Source: Cyanophora paradoxa CCMP329
Taxonomy: Eukaryota; Plantae; Glaucophyta
Assembly (NCBI GenBank): GCA_004431415.1
Contig: QPMI01000439.1
Span: 186,001 to 250,000, forward strand
DNA length: 64,000 nt
Reading direction: 5' to 3'
A program made the translations under genes and the position numbers. Shown piece by piece: positions 36,101 through 47,969 of this stretch; the stretch's first letter is position 1, and the number at the start of each line of letters is the position of its first letter. Under the pieces are notes generated by a model, which was given only the letters and a program-made list of their open reading frames with translations, searched no databases and was not told where the DNA came from.

Positions 36101-39100
36101 GCGGCCCGTTCAACGAGTACTTCCGGAAGCTCGGGACTCGTTTCATTTACGCCGCTGCGTACCACCATTCGACGAATGGGCTGGTAGAGCGGCTGGGGGC
36201 GTCGTGAAGACGCTGCTCCACGCGGCGTGCCGCGCCGAGCGCGAGCCGATGCACGAGTGGGACCAGCACGTGCACGAGGTGCAGCTGGCGCTCCGCACGA
36301 CCGTGCACGCGGCCACGGGCTACTCGCCCGCGCTCCTGCACCTGGGGCACGAGCTCACGCTGCCCGCGGACGTGCGCTTCGGGGTCGAGATGCTCGACAC
36401 CCTTAGCTACGCCGACTACGTGTCAATCGTAGTGCGTTCCGCGAAGAGCCGCGAGGCTGCAGTGCGCGAGTACCGCCGCTGGTACCGCCGCCAAATGGTG
36501 CACCGGACGGGTGACCTGCCGGACCGCCGCCGCTTCGGCGTGGGCGACAAAGTCCTGTGCTGGCTGGGCGACCGTGACAAGGGGTTGTTCAACTCCTGGG
36601 TCGGCCCTTTCACCGTCATGAGCGTGCACCCGGGCGGGTACACGTACGTCGTACGTGGCCTTGCGCGGCCCTACGGCGCGGTGGGCGCCGGCCGCCAGAA
36701 GGCGCGCGACACCCGTGAGACGATCGTGCATATCGACTGCATGATCCCGTTCCGCGTGCGAGACGCGAACGCGCCTGCACGGCCGGCCCGAGGGCGGCCC
36801 AAGGCGGCGGGTGGGCCGGCTGCCGCGGCCGCAGCGCCGGCGGCTCCGGCGGGAGCGGCTTAAGGGAAAGCCGGCTCCGAGCCGCGTCCCGACCCCACGC
36901 GAGGGCAAGGACATGAGAGCGGCTGCGCTAGCCCCTTGGCAGCGCTGAGCAAGAGATCGCCCGAGGCGGGCTGGATCGACGGGCCTCAGAGCCCCGCGCA
37001 CAACGCGAAAGCCCCGAGCCGAGAGAAGAGGCTGCGGGCGGCCGTCAGCCTTGAGCACAGCTCGGCGCGGTGACAGGGTGCGAGTCCCTTGTAAAGACCC
37101 GGGCAAATTGGATGAGCCGCGGGCGGCCGGTGGCCTTGAGCACAGCTCGGCACGGTGACAGGGCTGGGGCCCTCCGAAGACCTAGCCGAGCCCTAGGACG
37201 CGCCTCGCGTCTGCAGAAGGGTCGGTAGGCGGCTGTGACGCCGAGTTCTGCCTCGGGTACAGCGACAGGGGATGTCCATTCCCCCTCCGTGTAAGACCTG
37301 GCGGTGTACCAGGGCGCGCCTTGCGCCGGTGGGGGTACACGCAGGCGGTCGTTACGCCGGATCCCACTCCGGGTACGACGACTGGGGACGCAAAAATTCC
37401 CCCATTCAGGGCTCTGCACCGGGGACGCTCGGTGGCAGTTCGCCTGGGAGGGTCACGTCCCCCTCGCAATGGACGTGCATGCACGGGTCGGGCAGGGCAC
37501 GTGCCGTCACGAGTGACGGTGGTTTGAGCCCTGTGGGCGGCGCCTAGCCTCGCCCTGGAGATCCCTAGCTCCACCGCCGTCGGGGTCCCCCGATTCGATG
37601 CCGTGCAATTGCTGTGGGAGCGCGGCTTGTGCCTAGGCAGCGTCGCACGACGGGCTGCATATCCCTAAGCGCTGGGACGGGCATATTGCTGTGGGCTATC
37701 GAGCGCCATCGCGACGCTACGCCCCGCGTTGCTGTTGCAGCGTGCGCTCTTGCGGCTAACGTGCTGCGCGATGAGGGCAGGGCCCCCTCGGCTTCTGTCT
37801 CCGTACCGCTCGCCTCGTGCGGGTTTGCCTGGGCCGCCGGCCCGAAGTTGGACCTTGCCCCTGGGCACTACACGCTGGAGTCGTACCGGCACCCGCCGGG
37901 CGACAGCCTTTTTCGATTCCCGGCAGTCGCCGGACGTAGACGGGCTCGGCGTCTTTTCGATTCCCGGCAGTAGCCGGTGACGCCGACCGTGAGTGGCTCG
38001 GAGCCTTTTTCGATTCCCGGCAGTAGCCGGTAGCTCCGAGCGTTTGTGTATAGCGGCCGGGGTCGCGTTGTATAGAGAGCTCAGGCTCGATCAAATTCCT
38101 GGCTTCCCCGGCCCTCTCTCTGTTCGCCTTCGGGCGTAGACCCGCGCGGACGCGGGATCCGAGAGGAGGAGTTGTCGCATCCGACTTTACAGTGGATGCT
38201 CGATTGTGAGCCGCTAGGGCTCTAGATGATGTATGCAGCCTTCGTGCTGCTAGGCCGACGGCGCCTAGGCTAGTTAGAGCGCCGCGGTCATTTGTATGCG
38301 TGTGTCGGGGTACGCCGTAGTTGGACGGGTACACCCGCAGTCTACCATCACGGTGGCTAACAGCAGCAGCACTCGCCAAACCCCGCCCTGCCGAGCTTGC
38401 ACTCCGCACGGGCTTCTCGCGCGCACGATTAGACACACTAATCTCGCACGCGACATGCAGAATACACATATATGCATTGTAAGTAGCCGCGGTTTGACGC
38501 ATGCGCAGATTACGAGGGTGAGGATTTTTACGGCGCCCTGCAGCGGGACGAGCTCGACGTTCCCTTGGATGGCGCACTCGATGTCAAGGGCTACGTCAAC
38601 GAAATTATCTGTCCTTTCCTCGAGCGGCTCTCACCAGGCAGCTGCCCCACTTTCCGAAGAAAGGTCAATATATATAGGTTTTGCATTTTGCGGATCGCGA
38701 TCGATCGCAGTTGAATGCTGATTGCTGATCTTGAGCGCTAGCTATATAGCTCACCATATATAGAAAGCTCGAGCTGACAAAGTTCGCGATCGCACAGACA
38801 TCTGCTGCTCGGAATTCGAAGCGACCGCGATCCGGAGCCCGAGATTTGGACGAGGACGAGAATGAAGACGATCGCGAGGGCGAAGCTGATCATGAGGGCG
38901 AGCTCTGGGATGCCGACGACGGGGACGAGGACGAGGACGAGGACGAAGACGAAGAGAACGCTGTATCGGGCGACGAGAGCGGCACAGCGAACAACAGCAA
39001 TGGGGAAGGGGAGACGACGGCGGGTGCGTACACGGGCATACGTGCTTGATACATTTCTTTATGTGTTCCTTGCAATTCTTTCTATTAAAATATGCGTATA

Positions 39101-41773
39101 TACTATGGACATTCTTAATATGCGTATATTCAGTGCGTATAATTGAACGGTTGTGCGCGCAGCGCTAGCCAAGATGCGGTCCTCGAAGCGGCTGAGGGCC
39201 GAAATACAGAGCGATTCGCGGCCCGCGCCCGCACGCACGTGCAGCACTAGCTGCAGTAGCCATCCCCCACTGCAGGAAAAGATTGAGGTCGTCGATCTGG
39301 AGGCCGACGACACAGCAACGGCCTGCAGCTGCAACGGATACCGCGGTGCTGAGAAGCCCACGGCCACAAGCGTTGCAGACGAAGATGACGCATACGAGGC
39401 TGGTGCGCGTCGCACGTTGGTGCTCGCATGCATGCGGAAAACGAAAACGCGATTAATATTGTACGTGTACGCAGCGTACGCAGCGTACGCTCTTGCGGAC
39501 GACGTCGGCCTCAACGAAGAAAAAGAAGAGACAGACGCTGCTGGTGCTTGTTGAACGTTGGCGGACCTTCTTTATAATTATCTGCCATATAGTAATTAGC
39601 TATAGAAGTATTCTAGCTATATAGGGAGCGCTATCTAGCGCTTCGTGCTTTCATGTCCAGGCCATGGCTACTTTTTAGCCTGTCCATAAGAAGCGATGCC
39701 ATCAACTATGCCCGCCGACGCTGTTGCAGTTTCAGGCCTGTTTATACCTTTTGAATTTCAGTCCCTGGCCCGCGGCCGTTTATAGAGTATTGAGTATCTT
39801 CAAGTCAAATTGACTCGAGCTTTGCATGTACAGCTGCAGCGACACAGCAAGAAGCGGGAGCTGGAACTACAACTTCTCAGCACCCTACGAAACGACGAAG
39901 GATCTCTAAGCGCGGCGGGGCGCCTGCAGCCGTGGCTTGCCATGGTGATTTCGATCGCGAGAAGCGCTGGACTGAGTTGCGCAAACGTGGCGAGGTGTGA
40001 AGTACTTGACGGATTTAATTGAATCTCTCCCAAGTCTTTGAACCCGAGTCCCTTTAAATATTGCATGCCCAGGAAATCGCTGATTGCGTGTTCAAACTGG
40101 ATGGGCGCTTTTATGCAGCCTTCTTGCTCCAAAAAGTCAAGGTCGGCAACTTCGATTCCGCTAGCCTTGAATTGCTGTATATATAGGGCAAAGATCTGAT
40201 ATCGGAGCGTGTTTACTTCATGCAGATCATCTCCCCGCCGATGGCTTCAAAGGAAGAAGCGCAGTGGTATTATGATCGTTTCAAAATTGCCTGGTACGGC
40301 CCAGACGGCGAACGTCGCTATGGAATAAAACTCAACTATGCCGTCGAAGGTATCCATTGTCAGAAAAGTTTATGAAATTATTCCGCACTGCGCCAGACGG
40401 CAGATCGAGACACGTGCACTGATCATGAGCGCCCCGCCAGAGTATGAATCGGAGTCGTGGTACCAGAAGCTCTTCACCGGACCGGAGAAAAAGCGGCCGA
40501 AGATAGGCTTCAATGACCCGGGCAGCTGCAGAAAGAATGCCGTTGCGGCCGCCGTGGGGCGCACGGTCGCGTTCATCGATCGCGAGGCCGAGCTCCAGGT
40601 ACAGTTCGGCGTCCCTATAATTGTACGCATGCTAATTTGAACACTCAGCTCGGAATGCATGCGGACCACGCAGAGGGCGAGGCGGCTCATGACCATGGAT
40701 GCGGGGGTACCGGTGATGCGGAGGCCGTGGCCGGCACCCTTTCGGGATTCCTCAGCGACAGCGGTGGCAAACAAATCGACTTCCAGCCCACGCCCGCGCC
40801 CGTCACGCAAGTGCAGCCGGCGCCGGCGCAGCAAGCATCCAAATCCCAATCATCTGCAGCCGCGCATGCTCCGGATCCGTCGACGTCTGCGCCCGTTGTC
40901 GCCAAGCAGGAGAAGATTGAGGTCGTAGATCTGGAGGCCGACGATGAACCCGTTGCGCCGGAGCTGTCTTCAAGCGCAGCCGCACATCTGGCACCACCCT
41001 CACCCGCTCCGCATCCTGTGGACATAGCTTCAACCAGCAGTTCTCAAGCTGCAGCTGCCGTGGCTACAAGCTTCGCAGATAGGCAGGGGCGCACAACAAG
41101 GCCTGCCGATATCGATCTTAACCCGAGTATGGTGCGCCTTTCAATTTACATAATCGAAACAGACTAATGCCGTTTTGAATCTTCCATGGCTTAACTCCGC
41201 CTTATTAATTTTTAACTCGCCCTCCGACGCTCGCAGGTGCTGAAGTGGAGCAAGGAGGAGACCCGGGCATGGCTCGCCGAGCGCTTCGCTCTGACGGCCG
41301 ACGACCCAGCGTGAGCTCTTGAATTCATTAATATTATTGTTCGAATTCTCGATGGAGAGCTCCTTCTTGCGCAGGTACCGCGCTCTTCGCCGGCTGCGGC
41401 TCTCCGGTCGCCTGCTCCTGCTGCACCCCGCCCGCTTCTTCGAGGCGCGCCTGCTGGGATCCCTGAATTCGAAGCCGGGCGATCGCGAGGAGGACGACGA
41501 CGAAGTCGAAGCCCTTAAAACGGTCCTCGGCTCGCTCGACTCGTTTGTGCGTGCAGACCTCCCGTAATTATAATTAACGTTGAAGCGGCCGTCGAATAGC
41601 TGTGGCGGCGCCTGACGCCTCCGGGTGCCTGCGGGCAGGTGGCGCTGCTGGTGGAGGAGGCGCGGGAGGGCGCGCTCGACGGGCGGGGGCGCCAGGAGGT
41701 CGACAGGCTCTTCGGCGCCCGCCTCGAGGCGATCGCCGCCGCTGACGGCGCGGGCCCCGGGCAGCAGGCCTAG
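27126..41773 (+). CDS. Host multi-exon gene copy D (AP2-like x3 + SAM-like) with a Gypsy element in one intron
   Basis: Exons at ~27900 and ~28752 (RDMLNFPL) resume after the retrotransposon at ~38508 (DYEGEDFY), ~40225 (EEAQWYYDR...LNYAVE) and ~41238 (VLKWSKEETRAWL); stop TAG 41773. Confidence 0.65.
28935..29217 (+). repeat. 5' LTR (283 bp, TGTCGC...GCGACA)
   Basis: Direct repeat with 38173-38455; no difference seen by eye. Confidence 0.95.
29218..29235 (+). promoter_or_regulatory. Primer-binding site, complementary to a tRNA 3' end (Asp-like)
   Basis: GGCGCCACTGCCGGGAAT reverse-complements to ATT-CCCGG-CAGTGGC-G-CC, i.e. T-loop end, T-stem, acceptor strand, discriminator G and CC. It resembles plant-type tRNA-Asp 3' ends and lacks the usual leading T of TGG. 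Confidence 0.75.
29299..29369 (-). ncRNA. Degenerate tRNA-like sequence (A and B boxes), antisense in the retrotransposon 5' UTR
   Basis: Minus strand reads GCCCTCT-TG-GCTCAGTTGGTAGAGC...TAC...CCGGTTCGGATCCCG. The D-arm is perfect; acceptor and T stems are imperfect. Confidence 0.5.
29503..36863 (+). CDS. Gag-Pol polyprotein (aspartic protease, RT, RNase H, integrase), broken by several frameshifts
   Basis: ILFDTGA; PKKDGTWRFCVDYRRLN; PFG; YIDD; TDAS...ELECLA...TDH; H..WGH...SCHCCQ; WQVD, MDNG, NGLVER. Breaks at ~33058, ~33900 and ~36198 are single G/C losses in homopolymers. Confidence 0.9.
37912..38030 (+). repeat. Three copies of TTCGATTCCCGGCAGT(A/C)GCCGG in the 3' UTR
   Basis: Copies start at 37912, 37956 and 38009. 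Confidence 0.9.
38161..38171 (+). promoter_or_regulatory. Polypurine tract
   Basis: GAGAGGAGGAG, one base before the 3' LTR. Confidence 0.85.
38173..38455 (+). repeat. 3' LTR (283 bp)
   Basis: Matches the 5' LTR. Confidence 0.95.
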
Positions 41774-41955
41774 GCCTAGGCTCCGGGGCTGTGATTCAGC
41801 GGCCGATGCTGTCGCTAATATTGTGCTGATCAAGAGCTTTAATTTCTAGAGCTGTAACTGCCCTCTTTGGAGGCAGCCCGAAACCGTTGAACAAAGTTTT
41901 CGGATTCGGAGTTCGACACTAATGCGAAAAGTGAAATAAATTTTTCTGAAATCGT

Positions 41956-43164
41956 TTAATTCAAACATACGAGCCTCGGAGCTTTGCATGCGCTACTAGA
42001 ACCTGATCCTGAATAGTCTGGCCTGGGCCTGTACATGTACAAGAGTCTAGTGCGCAGCGACGAAATCCGCGATTGCGCGGGCGATGGCGGCGTTCTGCGG
42101 GGCCGCCAGCGCCGCCCCCGCCACGTCCGGCGCCATGTCGTCGAAGACGCCGTCCAGAATGGCGTCGGCCGCGCCGCTCGCGGCCGCGCCGGCCGCGCCG
42201 GCCGCGGCGCCCGCGCCGGCCGCGGCGGGCGGCGAGCGGAGAAGGGCGGCCGCGACGAAGGGCTCGTGGCGGCAGGGGCCGAGCGGGCGGCCGGCGGCGT
42301 CCAGCGCGGCGCGGTGGAGGAAGACCACCGCGCGCCTGGGCGCCCCTGCGCCAACATATATAAATTGAGAATATTCGAACTGTAAAAGAATTGGGCGTGA
42401 GCGGACCCGGGGCCAGGGCAGAGAGAGCAGCTTGGACAGCGTCCGGCGCACCGCGGCTTTCCTGCCTCCAAAAAAGCAACGCCGCGGCCGGCGCCGGCGC
42501 CGTCCCCCCGGCCGATCCTGAGCCTCGAATTCCCGTCCCCTGCGGCTGGAAATTCGCCGCGAAGCCGCGCGCCGCGAGCTCCGACTCCGCGGCGCTGAGG
42601 AGGGCGAGTACGACGTCCCGAGTCCCCGGATCGAAAGGCGAGCGTACCATGCACAGCGTAAACCACGAGCACTGCGCATAATTAATACTGCGGGCTCCGG
42701 GCTGCGAGCGCGAGGCCAATATTTAATTTCGAGGCGGACGACTGACCTGGTACACGCGCTGGGGGCGGGGCCGGCGCCAACGCAACGCTGAGATCTAGAT
42801 CGAGAGGCCCGCGGCTCAGCTGCAGGCTGTACATGTGCCACGGCCGAACAGAAAGCCCCAGGGCGGAGCGGAGTTGCCCGTTCTCGACGCGGAGCGCGTC
42901 CACCAGCTCAAACAGCAGCGCCTCGCGGAGCTGCAGGTCCCGCAGGCCGGCGAAGACCGCTTCGAAGTCCGCTGCTCGCGCGCCCTGCATGCGCAGCTGC
43001 AGCTCGCGCCACACGATACCGATGTCCCGCGGAGGCGGCAGCAGCTGATCTACCTTCGATTTCATCGTCGAGTCAGCTACCTTCGGGGATACCGGTACCG
43101 GCTCGGTGATCGGTAGCGGCAGCAGCTGGTATGTATGCTTGGACCGAAATATCGAGCGAAACAA
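41956..43164 (-). CDS. Host multi-exon hypothetical gene, head-to-head with the IFI44-like gene (boundaries approximate)
   Basis: GC-rich exon-like blocks (WRELQLRMQGARAADFEAVF...LRVENGQLRSAL coiled coil) separated by AT-rich introns. Confidence 0.4.
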
Positions 43165-43192
43165 ATCTCGACTTTAATTTCGACCGAATTTG

Positions 43193-46100
43193 ATGGGCAA
43201 AAAGAAAACTTCTCGATCCAAACTTCGCCAACCGCAGCAGCTCGACGCAGCAGCTCAGCAGCAAAGCGCCACCAGCCAAAGCTCAAGCTCAAGCGGCGAC
43301 GCCATGATCTTCCGTGACGTGAAGGCCAAGCAGGATTTCCTCGTCGGCGATGGCGAGGATGCAGTCCTGATGCGGGAGCAGCTGACGGCGTGGATGGGTT
43401 TCAAGTCGTGCGCCGCCGCCATCCGGTTTTACCATTAAACCCGCCGAACAGTGCGCATCTTATCTATAGTTACCCCCGATCAATCTCAAGCAGATGCGAC
43501 TTCACGAAGCTTTTCAAGGCGGGCTACGGCGAGGCGGTGCAGCAGGCGGCGCAAAAATTCTTCAAGTCGTCCTCGGGCAAGGCGCCGATCGTCGTGATCA
43601 TGTCTCTGGAAACGGGACACGTCATTGGCGGGTTCACCACTCGCACGTGCGCTTTAATAATTTAGCGTTTCATGATTTGCCAAACAGCGCGCACAGTCTG
43701 ATCTAGCTACCCGGTCTTGGCTCTCGCGCAGCTTCGATCCTAGTTACTCCCAGCATCAAGGGGAGCGGGGGTCAAAGCAGGACAGCCTCGCTTTCATTTT
43801 CAGACTCTGCCGCGAGAAAGGGCGCTTCGAACCATGCGTGTTCCATATCAAGAGCGGCGCGGATGACGCGATTTACTCAAACGACAGCTCGGCTGGCTAC
43901 GTATACACTGCAGATCATGATAATTGCGATATCGATTACGATTACGATGATCGTGATGATCGCAGCCACGGGCACGTGCACGTGCAAAGTCCCTCCTTCG
44001 GGAGTCAAAACGGAACGGATCTTGCCTTCTTGCCGGCTTCTGGGGACTGGAGGCTGCCCCAGGTCGGCTCAAGCACCTACGAAAGCGCCCCCCGGGGAAC
44101 CTTTCCAGGCAACGGAACAAGGATTACAGCCGTCGAGGTTTATCAAGTGATGCTTGACTGCAGCGCTCCGGAGCCTGGTGCATTTCTTACGATTATTGCA
44201 CATATATATTGGATTCGAACTATAAAATTTGTGTTAAATCTGCCAGTCTGCTCTGATGCATATATACGTGTGATCAGGAAATATCTCGGTCTTTGCATCT
44301 TTCCGCCATCTATGTTTCGAAGAATGGTGCACAATCTAAAACTGTCTTTAAATTCCTAGAGATTGTAACACTTATTGTCAAGCGCGTACGGTCGGTTTGA
44401 ATTCGAATTCTTGCAGCACGCGAAACGAGCTCATCGAGGCGCTTATGAGACGAACTCCAAAGCACGGAGGCGAGCTCTCGGTCGACTACTACAACGTGCT
44501 TCTTTTCGCGGGCGTCGGCGCAGGTTGCATCGCTCATATTGCCGTTTATCGCGGCTATGCTAGATTAAACGTTAACGTTCTTCATTTGATGAATATTCAG
44601 GCAAAAGCTCGTTCGTCAATGCGCTCGATTCGGCCTTCCTCGGACGAATTTCCGCTCTTGCAAACGTCGGTGCGTGACTATTGCAATTATGTCCGTCCGT
44701 CGAAATAAACACAGTATTTACTCTTGCATCTCAGGGCGCGGCTCGGCATCGGTGACAGTACCACTCACCAAGCGCTTCCTCGATGATACGAACGTCTGCC
44801 TCTGGGACTGCATGGGTGCGCAGCCCTCCGGCAATTGATTTAAATCGAATGCGAATGGCGAACATAATTATATGCAGGCTGGACCGCGGACACGTACACC
44901 AAAGACGAGTTTGAGTACATCATTAATGGCCACGTTCCGGATGGCTTCGACCTCCGAATGTGAGGATTCGCACGCATTTCGCGATAAATATCTCGAAGTC
45001 TCTGGAAGGATTAACGATTAGACTTCCCAGGCCTATTTTTCGCCTATTTGCTTTTTGACATGCAACTTAAACTTGAGGCATGGACTTGTTGATGCCATGT
45101 TCATGCTGGCCAGGTCGATCAACCTGAAGACGGAGGGCCTTATCCTGAAACCCACTCTCGCCGACCGCGTCCACGTCGTCGTCTTCGTGGTTCGCATTTG
45201 TATCCGCTCACTCTCTAGATCTGTCCAGCTGAAACCTGCGCTCAAATCGCGCCTGACGTGTACAGGTTCCTGCCGAGTCGTTGACGTCCGAGTCCTACCT
45301 CGCCCGCCTGCGCTCGTTCATCGAGATCACCCGCAAGCCCAGCATCGGTGAGAAATGCCATCTAAATATTGCTCCGAAGCTCTTTTCTTAACGAGTCACG
45401 AGCTCTTTATTAAACCGAACTCCAGATGTACGCGCCGTCGTTCTTATCACGAAGGTGCCTCTGGAAATAAAATTAAAGCCCCCTTCGCGAAATATACTAA
45501 GCGTCTCTCATGATCATGAGCAGGTGGACACGCTCGATCGCGAGCTCGCTGGCGACGTGGCGGGCATCTTCGAGAGCCCCCGCGTGCTCCGCGCCGTCGA
45601 CATCCTCGCCGGGCCCCAGGTCCGAATTCATAACTAAAGAATAACTAAAAGAATAGCTAATCCTTGCTCATAACTAAAGAATAAAACGAAGCTCAGCTGC
45701 TCAACTATAGCTATTTCAGAGTCCGCTGAAGCTCGAATTCTCGGCAGGGCGTGGGTGTCAGCCCGACGTTCATCCTCCCCGTCAAGAGCTACGCCTTCGA
45801 ATCCGAGCCGAACGCCGCCGTGGACGTCCTCACCCTCGACGCCCTCCAGTGTGCCCCACGAATACCTAATGCCATCTAATTTCTTCTAGCAATTGCAAAT
45901 AGCGTCTTCTCACAAATTTAATCTTATCCATTAGTGCCGCCATTAATTTGAATAGCGTCTCCTCACAAATAGCATCGATCGATAAATTGCGCCATTCACA
46001 TTTTCACTCTTCCTCACCCACGAAGCCTAAGGCCTCCAGTGCGAGCCGCCTTCTCTCCCTTCGACAAATATCTGATTCCGTCTCTTTTCTCAAGCTTACG

Positions 46101-46256
46101 TATCTCGAGCGCAGCCGGGCCCTGAACGCGGCGGACGACTTCCTGCGCGACCGCCACCGCCAGTGCTTCGGCGCGCGGGGCCGCCGCCCCGGCTCCGCCC
46201 CGGCCTCGGCCTCGGGCGCTGCGGGCGGCAGCGCGAAAGGCGCGCCCAAGGCCTAG
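43193..46256 (+). CDS. IFI44/IFI44L-like protein (TLDc domain + P-loop GTPase-like domain), multi-exon
   Basis: TLDc: LFKA...GHVIGGFT, DSLAFIF, PSFG, VEVYQV. P-loop: NVLLFAGVGAG|KSSFVN, LWDCMG, YIINGHVPDG, PTLADRVHVVVFV, ITKVD, VKSYAFESE...DVLTLDAL...ALNAADDFL, colinear with the animal IFI44 motif series. Confidence 0.82.
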
Positions 46257-47411
46257 AACAGAGAAACGCAGTGTGCAGATCTAGATTGATTTTGAATTCG
46301 AGCATCCATATCTACTTCCCAGTGGCCCGAGGGCTTTCCACGGGCGTGCATGATCAGACGATCAGAACTTCGGAAGCATATAGTTCTTTATTCTTTGCTA
46401 TTGGACCGATGTGCCCGCAGACTTTGAGAGCGACTCTGAGAGAAGAAACGCGCAAATTAAGCTCAGGTCTGCTCAGGTGTTTCTTCGATTCGAAAATCGA
46501 AGTCAGGATATTTACACAGAACTTTGACACGAAATCAATTTTTGCATGCGCTCTGATCAGCTTGCTAGCCTAGTCGTAGGCTCAGCCGTCTCGATCTGTG
46601 GCGGCGGCTGTAACGGTGCTGGTGCGGGTGCGCTTCACTGGGCGGGCGGCGGCCTTCGAATTTGCGTAGGCGAGGACAGCCCTCTTTTCGGCACAGGCGA
46701 CGATCAACTGCACCATCGTCGTGTTGCGTTTGTGCACAGCGATGTCGAGCACTGTCATACCCAACCGATCTTGAACTTGATCCTGCGAAGAAAAATGAGC
46801 CCTCGGAGGGGTGAATATTAAATTACTATAACACAACACAGGGACGGTGAACTAAAGGGGGTAGTCGTGCGCGGCGGGCCTTGCGGTTTGGGACGATATC
46901 TGCATCGGCGTCGAGGAGGACCCGGACGGCGTTGCAGAGATTCTCGCGGGCCGCAAAGTGGAGGAGCGGCCCAAGATCGTCCCCCGTCTTGCCCCACCGT
47001 CTCTCCTCGAGGAACGCGCGTCGTACCCCCAAGGCTTCCAGCTCTGGCCCGCCGAGCTCCAAGATTTCTGCGGCGGCGCGCGGTCATACAATGTTACAGT
47101 AAATTGCAAGGTAAGCGCACCAATGGTTTGGGCAGCGATGCGCGATCGCGCGAAAATCACCTCATCTTCCGCCGGTCCGCCTTGTAGCGTCTGGAGCAGG
47201 TTGCGGCCCGCGCCGCCATGAGCCGATAGCAGGTCGAGCTTGGCGCGCGCCACTCCTTGCAGCAGCATCTTTGACAGTTCTACATCCGCCAGCTTAAAAG
47301 CGACGTGCAGCGCGGTGGCGCCCGTTGCGTCCTGCTGGCCAAGTGAGTGCCCGTCTGGGGCGCAGCGCATGCGCAGGGGCGGGGCCGTGCCGGGCGGAGG
47401 GGGTCGGCGCC

Positions 47412-47840
47412 AAAAAAATGAGAGAGGACCTGATTCTGTGGCCCACCCCTCTTCACCACCCTCACCTCTCCGAACCCACCCCAACCCACCCAATCCAGCG
47501 TCTTCCCAGCCATCACTCTCGCCAACCCTTCCGCTACGTCTACCGCCCTTCTCTCCCTCTGGTCTACCTCCCCTTCCATCCAGCAACCACTAGGTAGTAT
47601 CTAACGTCTACTCCAATCGATCTTGCAAAAGATATAGCAGTGATTTGAGACGGGCCCCCAACGCGACGGTCTGCAGAGATAGCTTAATCAGCAGCTAGGC
47701 GTTAATACTGTGTTCTTCCTATCTAAATAGCGGAGAGGTTTCCAGGTTCTAGCTAGACGATAAAACTATATAATCGAAGCTGATTGCATATGCGAGTTTA
47801 GGTTCTAGTTAGTCAATAATACTGTGTGGATGATAGCGCC
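47412..47840 (+). repeat. Left TIR (429 bp)
   Basis: Reverse complement of 58148-58575; only difference seen is terminal A7 versus T6. Confidence 0.95.
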
Positions 47841-47969
47841 GGTCTTTGAATCACCAAAGGGTCACCGCAATTGAGGTTTCTCTTATTTTGTCTTAAAGAG
47901 ATCCCTTTCCAATATTGCTATGTGAAGTTGCGTTTGGAACAAGCAAAAAAATTGTGATATATACTTCCA

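Larger units (their letters stand above)
28935..38455 (+). mobile_element. Full-length Ty3/Gypsy LTR retrotransposon (9521 bp), TSD TGCAG
   Basis: TGCAG at 28930-28934 and 38456-38460; identical LTRs; PR-RT-RH-IN order; PBS and PPT present. Confidence 0.96.

Noticed and set aside
29532-36168. Long minus-strand ORFs in the retrotransposon (585, 506, 382, 329 aa)
   Set aside because: Antisense shadows of very GC-rich coding sequence; Arg/Ala/Gly/Pro-rich with no motifs.
47406-47411. GGCGCC as part of the TIR
   Set aside because: It is palindromic and so looks inverted, but one copy is needed to restore the host ankyrin codons Gly-Ala.
47945-47955. AAAATTG upstream of pPolB as a mimivirus-type early promoter (AAAATTGA)
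   Set aside because: Imperfect single match in AT-rich sequence; not seen before the other replication genes.
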